Assembly (NCBI GenBank): GCA_037447605.1
Contig: CM074808.1
Span: forward strand, 2,108,001-2,172,000
Length of the DNA stretch: 64,000 nt
Origin: Zygnema circumcarinatum SAG 698-1b
Lineage: Eukaryota; Plantae; Zygnematophyceae
Reading direction: 5' to 3'
The notes under the pieces are model-generated. The model ran no database searches. It saw only the letters and a program-made list of their open reading frames with translations, and had not been told where the DNA came from. The position numbers and the translations under genes were made by a program. How positions within the stretch are numbered: the stretch's first letter is position 1; each line of letters starts with the position of its first letter. This document shows positions 48,027 to 59,228 of the stretch, in pieces.

Positions 48027-50810
48027 TGCATACTCTGCTCTGTCCCCGCATTCACTGGCAACGGAAAGCTTCAGTGATCTTCAAAGGGCCCCTCACCTTT
48101 GCCTGTTCTTCTCCACTATGGCCAGAAAGTCATCTGTAGCCGCCCGCATGTGCAGAAACATTGGGAGCTTTGCAGCCTCTGCCAGCTCAAACTGGCGCTC
48201 AAACCATCTGCCCCTCCAATACTATTGTTTGAGAGGCAAGTGCGGCTAGCCCTGTGCTTCCACAACACTAGCACAATAAAAGACCTGGCTACTTGCATCA
48301 AGGGTGAAGTTTTTCTTATATTAAATTACCTCCGTTGAACATCGGCGGGGCAGAAGTGAAGCCTGTCATAGTCCAGCCCGCACTCCCCAATGGCCACAAC
48401 CTGCAGCCCCCGCCCACCTCCCTCGACCATCAGAATGTTACCTTCTCATCTTCCCCACTTCTCCATCTGTTCGACGGAAATACTTCAAGGTGCCTCTCTT
48501 TGTGTTTGCAGTCACCGTTCAGCCGTTTTTTTTAACAATAACTAGCCTGTTTCTTCAGAACCCTTTCATTAGCCCTAGAAAGCCTTCGGCAGGCCGGCAG
48601 ACCTTGCCTCGCGCAGCCCCTTCCTGTGCGAGCGTTGTGAGTTCTCGCAGATGACTCTCAGGGTCTGCGCTTCTTTCCAGCTCCTAATCCAGCAATAGCC
48701 GCACACTGCAAAGTCAGGGCTTAGTTATATAACACTCCCCTGCCGATTTCTCTCAATCAATGGAAACAGAAAAACACATTGATTGGGGAGTCTACGAATT
48801 CAGACTTGCAGACGAAGGGTGAATAGAGCAGACGGAGACTAGCTCTTAAGTAATAATGAAAGATGCCCATGCGGAAAGATTGGCAGGTAGCCACAGTTAT
48901 AGTTAATCTGGGATTCCGCTAAAGCTGAACGAGACCAGGTAAGGATTCAGTCTGAGCTTGAACTGCTTGAATCTCACCAATGTGAAGCTATTATAAGAAA
49001 AGCACTGGGAGAAGTGCAATGTGGTTCTTGGCTATAAATTTTTTGCATAATCCAGATGTCAAAGTTCAGAAGTTCGCAAACACCCAAAAAGGCACTCTGA
49101 GCCCCATTCCACTCACCATACATCGAGTCGGATGCACTCCCACAGTGCAAAATAGGCGCGCTGATAACATCAGGACAGTATGGCGGCGAGTCAGCACTCA
49201 CATGGAACACACGACTTGCAGCTCGCCTCGACTTAGCGAGGGAAAACTCACAGAAAGTGTAAAAAGAATGCGAGCAGCTTGGTTTTCGTTTCTAATTTCT
49301 TTAAACGTTAGACACCAAAGTGTGAATGTGAATACGCATTTGCAGCTGGATCATCGAAAGACACGTTCGAGCTCTTCAAGAAAAGCCAAACTGCACTTTG
49401 GTCATGTCTCAAGCTTGCAGAGTCACAATCCGAATTCAAACTCTGTCGGACTCTGCGAACGTTCGGCTCAAGCCAAAACAGGACTGGGACTTCTTCACAT
49501 AAAAAGGAGCACTTCCAGAAAGAAAGGCAGAGAGAGGTGACGGACCATCAGTGTCGGCCAGCGCCAAAGCCGCCCGCGATTCCTCCAAACTGCCTCCCGT
49601 CACCTGGTTGACAGTGAAATTAATGGAGCTGTTACAAAAAATTTAAAAATGCCTTAAAAATTTCTTCATGGCGGGAGGGGGCGAGCCACAAGGTTCAATA
49701 CTTAAAAGCACAGATGGAGCAATGTCTCAGCTCTCGAGGATCAACGGCCAATCTGGGTCTACAGTGAAAGCCCAGGAATTAAAAAGATTCCGAAGCTAGC
49801 GGTTTGGAGGCTCATTCTAATACTCGAACTTAAAGCATGCCTACTTACAACTAAGTTACTGCTTTAAGAGACTGACTTTTTAACGGCGGCATGGCGGGCG
49901 ACGGACGAGGCATGGAGCGGCAGCCAATGAGAAGGCGCGGCTACATGCGGCTTAGAAACGTCCGTGTAAATCTAAGTGCAACAAACTAGCCGAAAAAAAA
50001 AAAAATGCATAAAGAATGTGGCACTGCAGAAGTCTAGCAAATGTATCAAAAAACAAAATAATGCAAAAGAACTCAAGGATCTGCACAACATAAATCTTCC
50101 AATTTTACCAGGCCACCAGACTTTTTCTTCCATTGCTATCAATTATAGGTTGCTTAAAAAGGGCCCTCCAAACGGTACCACAACTCACAATTATACGTTC
50201 CACACCGGCCTCCCAGGCTCGCAACAACACTGACGAAATATCAGACGGGTGCGCTTGCTTGCCGTTGTACAGCCCCTTAAACATATCATCTGCAATTTGG
50301 CCGCCCTTTCCCAACCCATGTCAGCCAACAGCCATGTTATGTTGCAAGTATTCTCGAATGATTTTTCCTCCAATGAAAGGTTGAGGGACGCGCAGGCTTG
50401 TCTCAGAGTTCAAGAAATCAACTTTCCCTCAACTAAACCCAAAATTATCATGGTACATCCGCTAAAGGTTACTCATCCCAATCATCCTATAAACACACGC
50501 GCCATTAATCAAATAATAATAATAAAAAAAGTGAGTCCTGGAAACTGAGTATATCTGTTGCACCTCCAGCATCAATGAGAGCCTTAGATGCGCTGGGTCT
50601 GCTCACCTGTCAAATTGGCGGCAATTTCTGCAAGTTAGAGCACAAATCATAGTTGATCAGAGTCCATTTTTTAGCTGCAAGTTAAAAGCATATGCACCCA
50701 CAGCCTCTCAGCTCACAACGCCGAGAAAGCTGCACGTGCAGAAACAATGCAGGAAAGCTAAAATGGAAGGGGGAGGCACCTATAAGCTTCACGGGCGCCC
50801 TGGAAGCCAT
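46864..50810 (-). CDS. TatD: TatD family DNase (TATDN1-like), multi-exon
   Basis: Exons encode MASRAPVKLI|EIAANLT|DDMFKGLYNGKQAHPSDISSVLLRAWEAGVERII|VTGGSLEESRAAL|RLFCTVGVHPTRC|VVAIGECGLDYDR|LPMFLHMRAA|GVVHSFTGS|GINGCSLKT...LMLETDSPYC...RNEPCHI|...RVFFPHDLD. Confidence 0.93.
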
Positions 50811-51050
50811 GGCTGCTGCTCCTCCAGTAAGGCTTCTGATTCGACAATAACCTCTCTGACTGCCAGCTTCGGCCCTTCTGCGCGAGGAAAAGCCTTCACT
50901 GCTTCATGCGGGCGCCTTCACTCGGCCTCCCACAAAGCCAGCCTCCTGCTGCTCGGACTTGAACGCAGCGACAGCCAAGACTTCACCGAGCCAGTCCTTC
51001 ACAGAGATTCTTATTTCTGCTCCAGCGCCAAAAGCCGCCCCTCACAGCCC

Positions 51051-51101
51051 GCCCTCGCCCTCGCCCTCGCCCTCGCCCTCGCCCTCGCCCTCGCCCTCGC
51101 C
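51051..51101. repeat. (GCCCTC)8 hexamer microsatellite upstream of TatD
   Basis: gccctc repeated 8 times in tandem. Confidence 0.95.
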
Positions 51102-51252
51102 GGGCCCTCCAGCTCGACTCCCTCCCTCCCTCCATCGTGAGTGCCCGTGCGCGCACACCCCACAGCTCGCGGCACATCCAATACAGCTGGCAGCGCACGG
51201 ATAGGATACGTGGGCAATTGTCGAGCTTGCGAAAGTGGATGGGGCCATCGAA

Positions 51253-51478
51253 CCGTTGGATATGCCACGTCTACCTTGCTGCTGTTGGACCGTTGGATAT
51301 GCCACGAACGCCTTGCCGCTGTTGGACCGTTGGATATGCCACGAACGCCTTGCCGTTGTTGGACCGTTGGATATGCCATACATAGGCCTTGCTACTGTTG
51401 TACCGTTGGATATGCCACGGAGGCCTTGCCGCTGTTGGACCGTTGGATATGCCACGTCGTCCTTGCCGCTGTTAAACC
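51253..51478. repeat. Satellite A, block 1: 6 units of about 37 bp (CCGTTGGATATGCCACGNNNNCCTTGCCGCTGTTGGA)
   Basis: Tandem units read directly. Confidence 0.93.
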
Positions 51479-51489
51479 ATTGCATGAAT

Positions 51490-51965
51490 GGTTGGATTCA
51501 CCAACCATTGAATCCATTGGCTGGCAATCATCTGTTGTATGCAATGGCTGGCAACCAACCATTGAATTCATTGGCTGGCAATCAACTGTTGTATGCAATG
51601 GCTGGCATCCAACCATTGAATCCAATGGCAGGCAGTAAACCGTTGTATGCAATGGCTGGCAACCGACCACTGAATCCAATGGCTGGCTTCCACCGGTTGT
51701 TTGCAATGGCTGGCAACCGCCCACTCTATCCAATGGCTGGCAATCAACCGTTGTTTGTAATGGCTGGCAACCGACCACTGAATCCAATGGCTGGCTTCCA
51801 CCGGTTGTTTGCAATGGCTGGCAACCGCCCACTCTATCCAATGGCTGGCAGCCACCGGTTGTTTGCAATGGCTGGACACCAACCATTGAATCCAATGACT
51901 GGCAATCAACCGTTGTATAAAATGGCTGGCAACCGACCACTGAATCCAGGCGGGCAACCAACAGT
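51490..51965. repeat. Satellite B, block 1: 27-bp units (ATGGCTGGCAACCGACCACTGAATCCA-type) with 54-bp higher-order alternation
   Basis: Alternating ...ccactgaatccaatggctggc / ...ccgttgtatgcaatggctggc halves. Confidence 0.92.
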
Positions 51966-51969
51966 TGTA

Positions 51970-52153
51970 TGCATAAGGGCATTAATATTAGCACAACTTC
52001 ATGAACCACTATCTGTATGCATATACACTTGTATGATCATGCATCTACAAATGAACTTGACGGACTCGTTAGATAGATTTCTGCCCTTGTATGGCGACGA
52101 GCAGATGAACCGATGCCAACCCTACTCCTGCAGCGCTTGGCCCGAGTGCCCTG
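51970..52153 (+). repeat. Unique-sequence block U, copy 1 (direct repeat of 52501-52683)
   Basis: tgcataagggc...gcacaacttcatgaac...ggcccgagtgccctg is duplicated with few differences. Confidence 0.93.
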
Positions 52154-52234
52154 TGCAGCTGTGTACCAAACCTCGTACGGGTGTGCGCGGAAGGTCGTGG
52201 CGGGCCTGTACCTGGCGAGCGAGGTCAGATTGGG

Positions 52235-52495
52235 GCTGGCAACCGATCACTGAATCCAATGGCTGACAGTCACCGGTTGGTTGAAATGGCTGGCATCCAA
52301 CCATTGAATCCAATGACTGGCAATCAACCGTTCTATAAAATGGCTGGCAACCGACCACTGAATCCAGGCGGGCAACCAACAGTTGTATGCAATGGCTGGC
52401 AACCGACCACTGAATCCAATGGCTGGCAATCAACCGTTGTATCCAATGGCTGGCAATCGACCACTGAATCCAGGCGGGCAACCAACAGCTGTATG
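52235..52495. repeat. Satellite B, block 2
   Basis: Same 27-bp units as 51490-51965. Confidence 0.9.
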
Positions 52496-52500
52496 CTGTA

Positions 52501-52683
52501 TGCATAAGGGCTGTAATCTTAGCACAACTTCATGAACTACTACCTGTATGCATATACACTTGTATGATCATGCATCTACAAATGAACTTGACGGACTCGT
52601 TTGTAGATTTCTGCCCTTGTATGGCGACGAGCAGATGAACCGATGCCAACCCTAATCCTGCAGTGCTTGGCCCGAGTGCCCTG
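52501..52683 (+). repeat. Block U, copy 2
   Basis: Direct repeat of 51970-52153. Confidence 0.93.
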
Positions 52684-52684
52684 G

Positions 52685-53212
52685 TGCTGTTGGACCGTTG
52701 GATATGCCACGTATACCTTGCCACTGTTATGCCGTTGGATATGCCACGTACGCATTTCCACTGTTGGACCGTTGGATATGACACGTAGGCCTTGCCGTTG
52801 TTGGACCGTTGGATATGCCACGTATACCTTGCCACTGTTGTACCGTTGGATATGCCACGAACGCTTTGCCGCTGTTGGACCGTTGGATATGCCACGTCTT
52901 CCTTGCGGCTGTTAAACCGTGAGATATGCCATGAAGACCTTGGCGCTGTTGTACCGTTGGATATGCCACGTTGTCCTTACGGCTGTTGAACCGTTGGATA
53001 TGACACGTAGGCCTTGCCGCTGTTGGACCTTTGGATATGCCACATAGGCCTTGCCGCTGTTGGACCGTTGGATATGCCACGAACGCCTTGCCACTGCTGG
53101 ACCGTTGGATATGCCTTAACATAGGCCTTGCCACTGTTGTACCGTTGGATATGCCACGTACGCCTTGCCGTCGTTGGACCGTTGGATATGCCAAGCATTG
53201 CCGCTGTTGGAC
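52685..53212. repeat. Satellite A, block 2: 14 units of about 37 bp, same orientation as block 1
   Basis: Tandem ccgttggatatgccacg units. Confidence 0.93.
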
Positions 53213-53552
53213 AATGTTTGCTGTTTTTTTGTTGCATTTTTTCTGGCTGGGAAGCTAACACACACCTTTTGTGGCTATTTTCACACCTTTTCTCGCCTAT
53301 CAGATTTTTGGGTTTTTATGGTTAATATGTAACCAAAAATGTGTGAGAATAGCCAAAAAAAAAGGTCTGTACATAGTGAATTCCGGCGGAATTCTGTCCG
53401 GCGGCGATGGTTCGCAACCATTGGCTGCAACAAATGATGAATCCAATCGTTGGCAGTCATTGCACTGCTTTGAGCCATCACATAATTTATCTGCCGGCAG
53501 CCAGATTCAAACTCACGTCACGTCATAGATGGAAAGGGGAAGAAAATGGCAC

Positions 53553-53695
53553 TGAACTCACGATGGCGAGGCCATCAAATGTACATGGACAAAAGCAGCA
53601 TGGGGAACCACGAGGGCCGGGTCGCAAAGGACCAAAGCACAAAAGAAAGAAGCTAAGAGCGAAAAACTACGCCTGGGCGCAACAACGCAGCCCTA
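53553..53695 (+). repeat. 143-bp dispersed repeat, copy 2 (MARPSNVHGQ block)
   Basis: About 87% identical to 42243-42385. Confidence 0.93.
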
Positions 53696-53872
53696 CGCAG
53701 CTCCATGTTGAAACCTTTGGCTATCGTTGACTGGCCCGGTATCAATGGTTGGCAACCATAATCCAACGATTCCAACCATTGGCAAAGGTGGTTCCCTTGC
53801 CGCTCGTGGTTCTCGGCCTCCCTCTCGTCCGCCTCGCAGCTTCCCCGCGCTGTCCCTGCCGAGGCCGAGGCC

Positions 53873-56675
53873 ATGGCTGCCGCTGCCGCTGCCCTCGCCC
53901 CGCCGCTCGGGCCCGCTCTGCTGGGCCTTTCGCCGCCGCGCTCCGCCACGCGGCTGCGCTGCGCTCAGAGGAGGGCGCGCTCCTCCGCGCCTCTGCGCGT
54001 CTCCGCCGTTCTCAAGGAGTCGCAGAAGCTCGAGCTCGGCACCCGCGCTCCTGACTTCAAGGTGCGCCGGGCTCTGCTGCTGAACGCATCGAGAGGGTGA
54101 GGAATTTATGTCTGAAAATAGACTAAGGTGAGATGAGAATACGAGCAGGAGGGAGGCCGGAGGAAGTGAGAGGCTCGGGAATGCAGCGCCGTTTGGGAAT
54201 CAGAATTCTTGGGCAGTCTCTGCATTTTCATAGACAGCTTCCTGTGTGACTTTAATCGGAGTTTGCTCGCGGCTCAAGGTGGGAGAGGCCACGGCTTCCT
54301 GCAGCTGTTGGAACCGCTGACCGGCAGACTATGGAGCTTGGATGACTTTGACGGCCACTGCGCCCTTATGGTTAGTTCACCAACACGGTCACTGCTTGGC
54401 ACATTCATTCAGGAAAAATGGGAAGCCGGTCCTAAATCTAGTGCATTGTACAACTTGTTAGAAAGAGCGCAAATTACATTAAATTATCAGCTTCGCCCAT
54501 CACCAGTAGCCTGAATAGCCCTGTTTGTAAATCTTTCGGCTCTTGCCGTACGCGTTTAATTTGCAAGAAGTGCATGCAAGTGCCTATTGGCGTAATGCAT
54601 GGCGATAACGTGATACAGGAAAGCGTGTGATTTATTGTCCTGAATTACAGTAGCTAGAGTGTTCTAAGGTGGGATTATTTGAAGTATGCTGTAGATTTCA
54701 TGTCCGTATGAAAGTGCCTGGACAGATGGTCTTCATGTGCAACCACTGCCCTTTTGTGATACACATAAAGAAGGAGCTCGTGGCTCTCACCGGCCTCTAT
54801 ATCGAGGTATTTTATTGCGCTTGTCCTATCCAAACAAGGACACCTTTGAGCTACCCTAATTTCTGTTTTGTCATTGCCTTTAGTCATAGCTGGCATTTGG
54901 CCATGTCCTGCGAGGGCTCGTATTCGATGCGTTGTCTGATTCTCAAGGTCTATACCTGCGTGCGTGCAGCTGCAATTGCTGATTTGAAGTGCAGTGACCG
55001 AAAAATTAACTGTACTTTGATTCTGCTGTCCTACAGAAGGGGCTGGGGGTGGTTGCAATCTCCTCCAATTCCATCGAAACACATCCACAGGCAAGAAGAA
55101 TGCCTTCTTTCACTTCCCTCTTCCTCTCTCTCTCTCTCGCCCCAACTCCGACATGTTGCGGCTGGGGGAGCATGTGGTTTTAGCAAACTGCATTAGGCTG
55201 TTCATGAAGTCCGTTACTGGCTGCTTTGTGAAGACTGTATCTGCCAAATCCTGGGGGGCGAGTGATAAGCACGGCACGCTCTATGAGGACAGTTTGAGGT
55301 TTGCAGAGAGGAGGGAGGATATCATCCTGAACGTGACGATAGCAGACAAGGAAGTGTTGAGATGCCCCATCCAATCGCTTAGTTGAGATTTATGGGTTTG
55401 ACTAGCATGGGCTTGTCCTGTGGTTTATGTTCGATATCAATAGGCAAGATTACAGAATCGCCATAATTCTCGTGCCTTTTGTTATATTTCTTAACGCGGT
55501 TTACCCGTGTTTCGAACATTTGTCATGGAAGTTTGTTGATTGAAGGGTGGCTTGGATGCAGGATGGACCTGAGTTCATGGCAAAGGAAGCCCAGCAGTTC
55601 AACTTCAAGTTTCCTTACCTTTATGATGAGGTCAGCTGCTCTGCTTTCTCGTCTCTCCGATTGTATGCAAGCATGAAGGGCCTTCTATCTGCCCCTCCCC
55701 CCCCTCTCCTCTCCCCTCTACCCTCAAACCACGCATTAACGATTAACAGCAGTTAGTTGCGAGAGGGCGGGCAGACGCAGGAGGTGGCCAAGAAGTACAG
55801 AGCAGCATGCACGCCCGATTTTTACGTCTTTCAGAAGGTTCGAACTTGACACTTTGAAGCACTGCAGACAGTAGCTGAGTGAGGCCATCGCTGCTGACGT
55901 CAGCACGGGGCAGCAGGACGGGCGCAGGCCCTTCCAGCTCGCGTACCACGGACGGCTCGATGACTCGCGGCCGGGCACGGGGGTGCCTGTCACTGGCAGG
56001 TGAGTGGGGTAGAGGGGGAGAGGGGGGAAGGGGGAGAGGGGGAGAGGGGGAGAGGGGGAGAGGGGGAGAGGCAGACACCTACCAGTGCAGCTTGGTCAAA
56101 ATGTGAAATATCCTTTTGAGGAGTGATGGGTTGAAATCTGCTCCTTATGTGCTGGAGGAAGGACTGGATCGCCTAGAACTTGCTCGAGAGAGGTCCGACG
56201 AGATTTCCTCTAGCGAAAAGTAAGCATGCATCATACCGAGACGCTGGTAGTTGCTGAATTGGGGTCCTTCCACCTGCTTGTGCGCTGCAGAGACCTTCGG
56301 ACAGCTCTTGACTGCGTGCTATCAGGCCGCCCTGTCAACATCCAGCAAAAGCCGAGGCAACTCCTTTTCCTAACGTTCCTTGGCTCCCTGTTCATGTGTT
56401 TGCCATGCTTGCTGCAACGCTTGACTCTTTCCCTTCAGATCAATCCCATGTTTTTTTGTCGTTTTCAATGATAGCACATGATGGTAGAGTTAGTTTTCAG
56501 TCCCTGATATTGACTTGGTTAATATCCTGTTTGTGTTTGAGCCCTCTAAAATGTGCATCATCTGAATGTCCAGACCACTTTCCAGGCGAGGGTGCTGACA
56601 GTCCGAGTCTCTGCCTCCTGCAGCATTGGATGCAACATCAAGTGGAGACCGGGAAGCGAGCCCGACTACTTTTGA
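53873..56675 (+). CDS. AhpC/TSA-family thioredoxin-fold redoxin (At1g21350-like) with a predicted plastid transit peptide
   Basis: Exons encode LELGTRAPDFK|LLEPLTGRLWSLDDF|VMFMCNHCPFVIHIK|KGLGVVAISSNSIETHPQ|DGPEFMAKEA..FPYLYDE|QEVAKKYRAACTPDFY|YHGRLDDSRP..PVTG|RDLRTALDCVLSG..QKP|SIGCNIKWRPGSEPDYF*. Confidence 0.92.
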
Positions 56676-57631
56676 CAGCCCAATGTGCCCTCAGCGTGCA
56701 GCTTGCAAGGCGTTGCAACCGCTGCTATTGCCTGCACCTTCCTGTTTCCATGTGCGGTTTTGGAAGAGTGTATTGGCGATGTGGAACATGTAAGTACCGG
56801 AGTTCGGACGGAGCATTCAGGCCGTAAGGGGAACCTTGCTGAATGCAATTTTTTCACAGTCAAGTCTTACGGTCTATCTTCTCTAACTTATTATCCTTTC
56901 TAACTGCATTTTTTCTTCGTCTAACGACCCGGTTACAAAGGCTAACTTCAAGTCCTAAATTTAATGCATGCACAAAAAACACGAACAGGTTTCTGTGCGG
57001 ATGCAGTTAGCAGGTTCGGTATATGTACGGAAGTAGCCTGTTTTGTCTGTGAAAAATTCTGTCTTAACAAATTGATTCGCTGGTCCACAATAAATAGAGA
57101 GAAACAAGGTGAATTGTCATTGCTCCCTTTAGCTCTCTGCAGGTCCTGAACCCTAAAATCCCTTAAAACCCTCAGTGGCCCTCTGGTACCATTCAATTTT
57201 CCCTGCAAGCCACAGACTGTTTCTATGGGCCATCCTTTTCAAATGAGGCAGACCTTTTGCTGCTGGCATGAAGGAAGCTTTGCTTCAGCTGCAATATCTC
57301 AATTGCAGTCGACTTCCAGTTCATATATAAGTGATCTGCGATGAAACTTTCCGAGCAGCCGTCTTCAAACATAAAAAGAACAAAAAGGGAAAAAATAAGG
57401 AACCTTTGCTCTATACAACCTCCCAACAAAATCGTGAGTTTATTTTCACTTAGTGCGGATCAACCAGCTCTCCCTTTGCCTCGAGAAAAACGCGAGTGCT
57501 ATTTTAAGTACAGCGACCAATCTCCACGTGGTCGTATAGGGAAGCTGCTCCCCTGTGTCCTCCCCTTACTGCGATGGACGAAGCACCAAGTCAATGTCCG
57601 AAGAATTCGAGTTATTGCCCTATCGATGCTG

Positions 57632-59228
57632 TCACCGCGCCCCTGCCGGCGCTGAAATGTCGGTGGAGGAGGAAGCTGCGGGGGCGTCTGTTGGCAACTC
57701 AATCTCGCCCAACCCCAGAGGAGGACCCAAATGGCATCTGTCGGTGCTGTGGGTAGCAATTGCATCCTTTAGTCTCTGCAGCTGCATACACATAAAAGGT
57801 CGCAGAAGTTCAGGACGAAGTGACTAGACAATGGCTTCGGACAGAGTCTGAAGAGCACAAGCAGATGCACGCGACACAGAGGGCAACCGATTTCAGCCAC
57901 GGTGTACAGCTTTAGTAATTTAGGATTGATGCCCCTGCGCTTCAACTCTAGACCTGAAAAAGGGCCCTCTCAGCCCATAGAGATATACGGCAAGATAAGA
58001 TAAGGTAAGATAAGGCGGCACTTTTTTATTCGTCACCTGATCCAAACATGCAGGCTCATGCTTAGGTTGAGAAACTGTAGTGGGTGAAACAAACGGGAAG
58101 TGCCAAGCCATAGACTGGGAGGGTTATAAGTGAGAAACGGGCATAAGAGGCACAATCCAGTGACCTTTAAAAACAATCATATGAGATTCAAGTCTGCCAC
58201 ACATTTTTGCATGTTTGAAAAACCCACCAGACTGACAAAAAACCCGCCTCGTTCAAAGCCCTTTTAGGTCCTATTCGCAAAGAAGAATGGCCCAACCTTC
58301 ACGAAACTTCCAGTCTGTACATGCCGCCTAAAAGACAGCTTCAGAGAGTGAGCAGCTGACCTTGGAGAGGGAGGCGGAGAAGGCATCCACACGACCCTCT
58401 GAGCCACGGTAGAAGTGGAAGTATGGCAAGACCTTGATGTTCAGGCTTTTGCACATGGCCTTGTTCTCGTCAAAGTTGATTTTATAGAACTGAATATTTT
58501 CGTTCTGCTCTGCGATCTTGCAGAGCTGCAACCCACAGACCAGAAACCTATTTCGCTCAGTACACAAAGTTCTGCTCAAACACTTCAACTGACGAGTCAT
58601 GGCAATAATTTTTAAGTACAAGAAGTGACAGCAGCAGAATTTAGATCTCACGATTGAAACACCAGCGTTCTGAAGGAAAATGTTTGTTTCAGATAGAGAC
58701 TAGTCAGAAAATATAACTCAGATAAAGCCTCACAGCCCTGCCCTTCGTCTCACCTCCAATCAGTCTTATGTCGGGGAGACTAACCTTTGGAAAAAGAGCA
58801 CGGCAAGAGCCGCACCAAGTAGCAAAGAACTCCACGATTACCAGCCGGTCTTCTGCGGTTGCCAAGGCCTCTACAAATTCCTGCGTTGAATGCAGGTCCT
58901 TCATGTTTGGGAGACCCTCCTTTTCCCACCATTTCACTCCATCGTTTGGCACTGCAGCCCCAACCACCACACTAGCTCGCTTCCTAGCAGGAGGTTTCAG
59001 AAAGGGATTGACTGTTCGAAGTGATGATGGACAAAGGAGAAGAGAAGATTTCGGAGCTAGCGGCTTCTCGCCGTATAACGTTGAGCCATAACTTCTAGTC
59101 ACAGAATGACATTGTTGTGAATTGATCCTGGCCATTAGTGACATTGGGCCCTGCGGGCTGCCTGACTGCACCCAGCTACAAGCACTCAAGGTGCTAGAAG
59201 CCACTGCAGATTGGGCAGCCATAGTCAT
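57632..59228 (-). CDS. Plastid atypical thioredoxin (ACHT / Lilium-type TRX-like, WCGSC), 3 coding exons plus a 5-prime UTR intron
   Basis: KWWEK...[41 protein letters not shown]|[44 protein letters not shown]|[24 protein letters not shown] probable UTR exon lies near 60530-60620. Confidence 0.92.

Noticed and set aside
47960-48035. (TACACA)n and (TA)n/(CA)n microsatellite in a TatD intron
   Set aside because: Ordinary simple repeat with no added structure.
51253-53212. CRISPR-like 37-bp repeats
   Set aside because: The units are head-to-tail with no unique spacers, so this is a tandem satellite.
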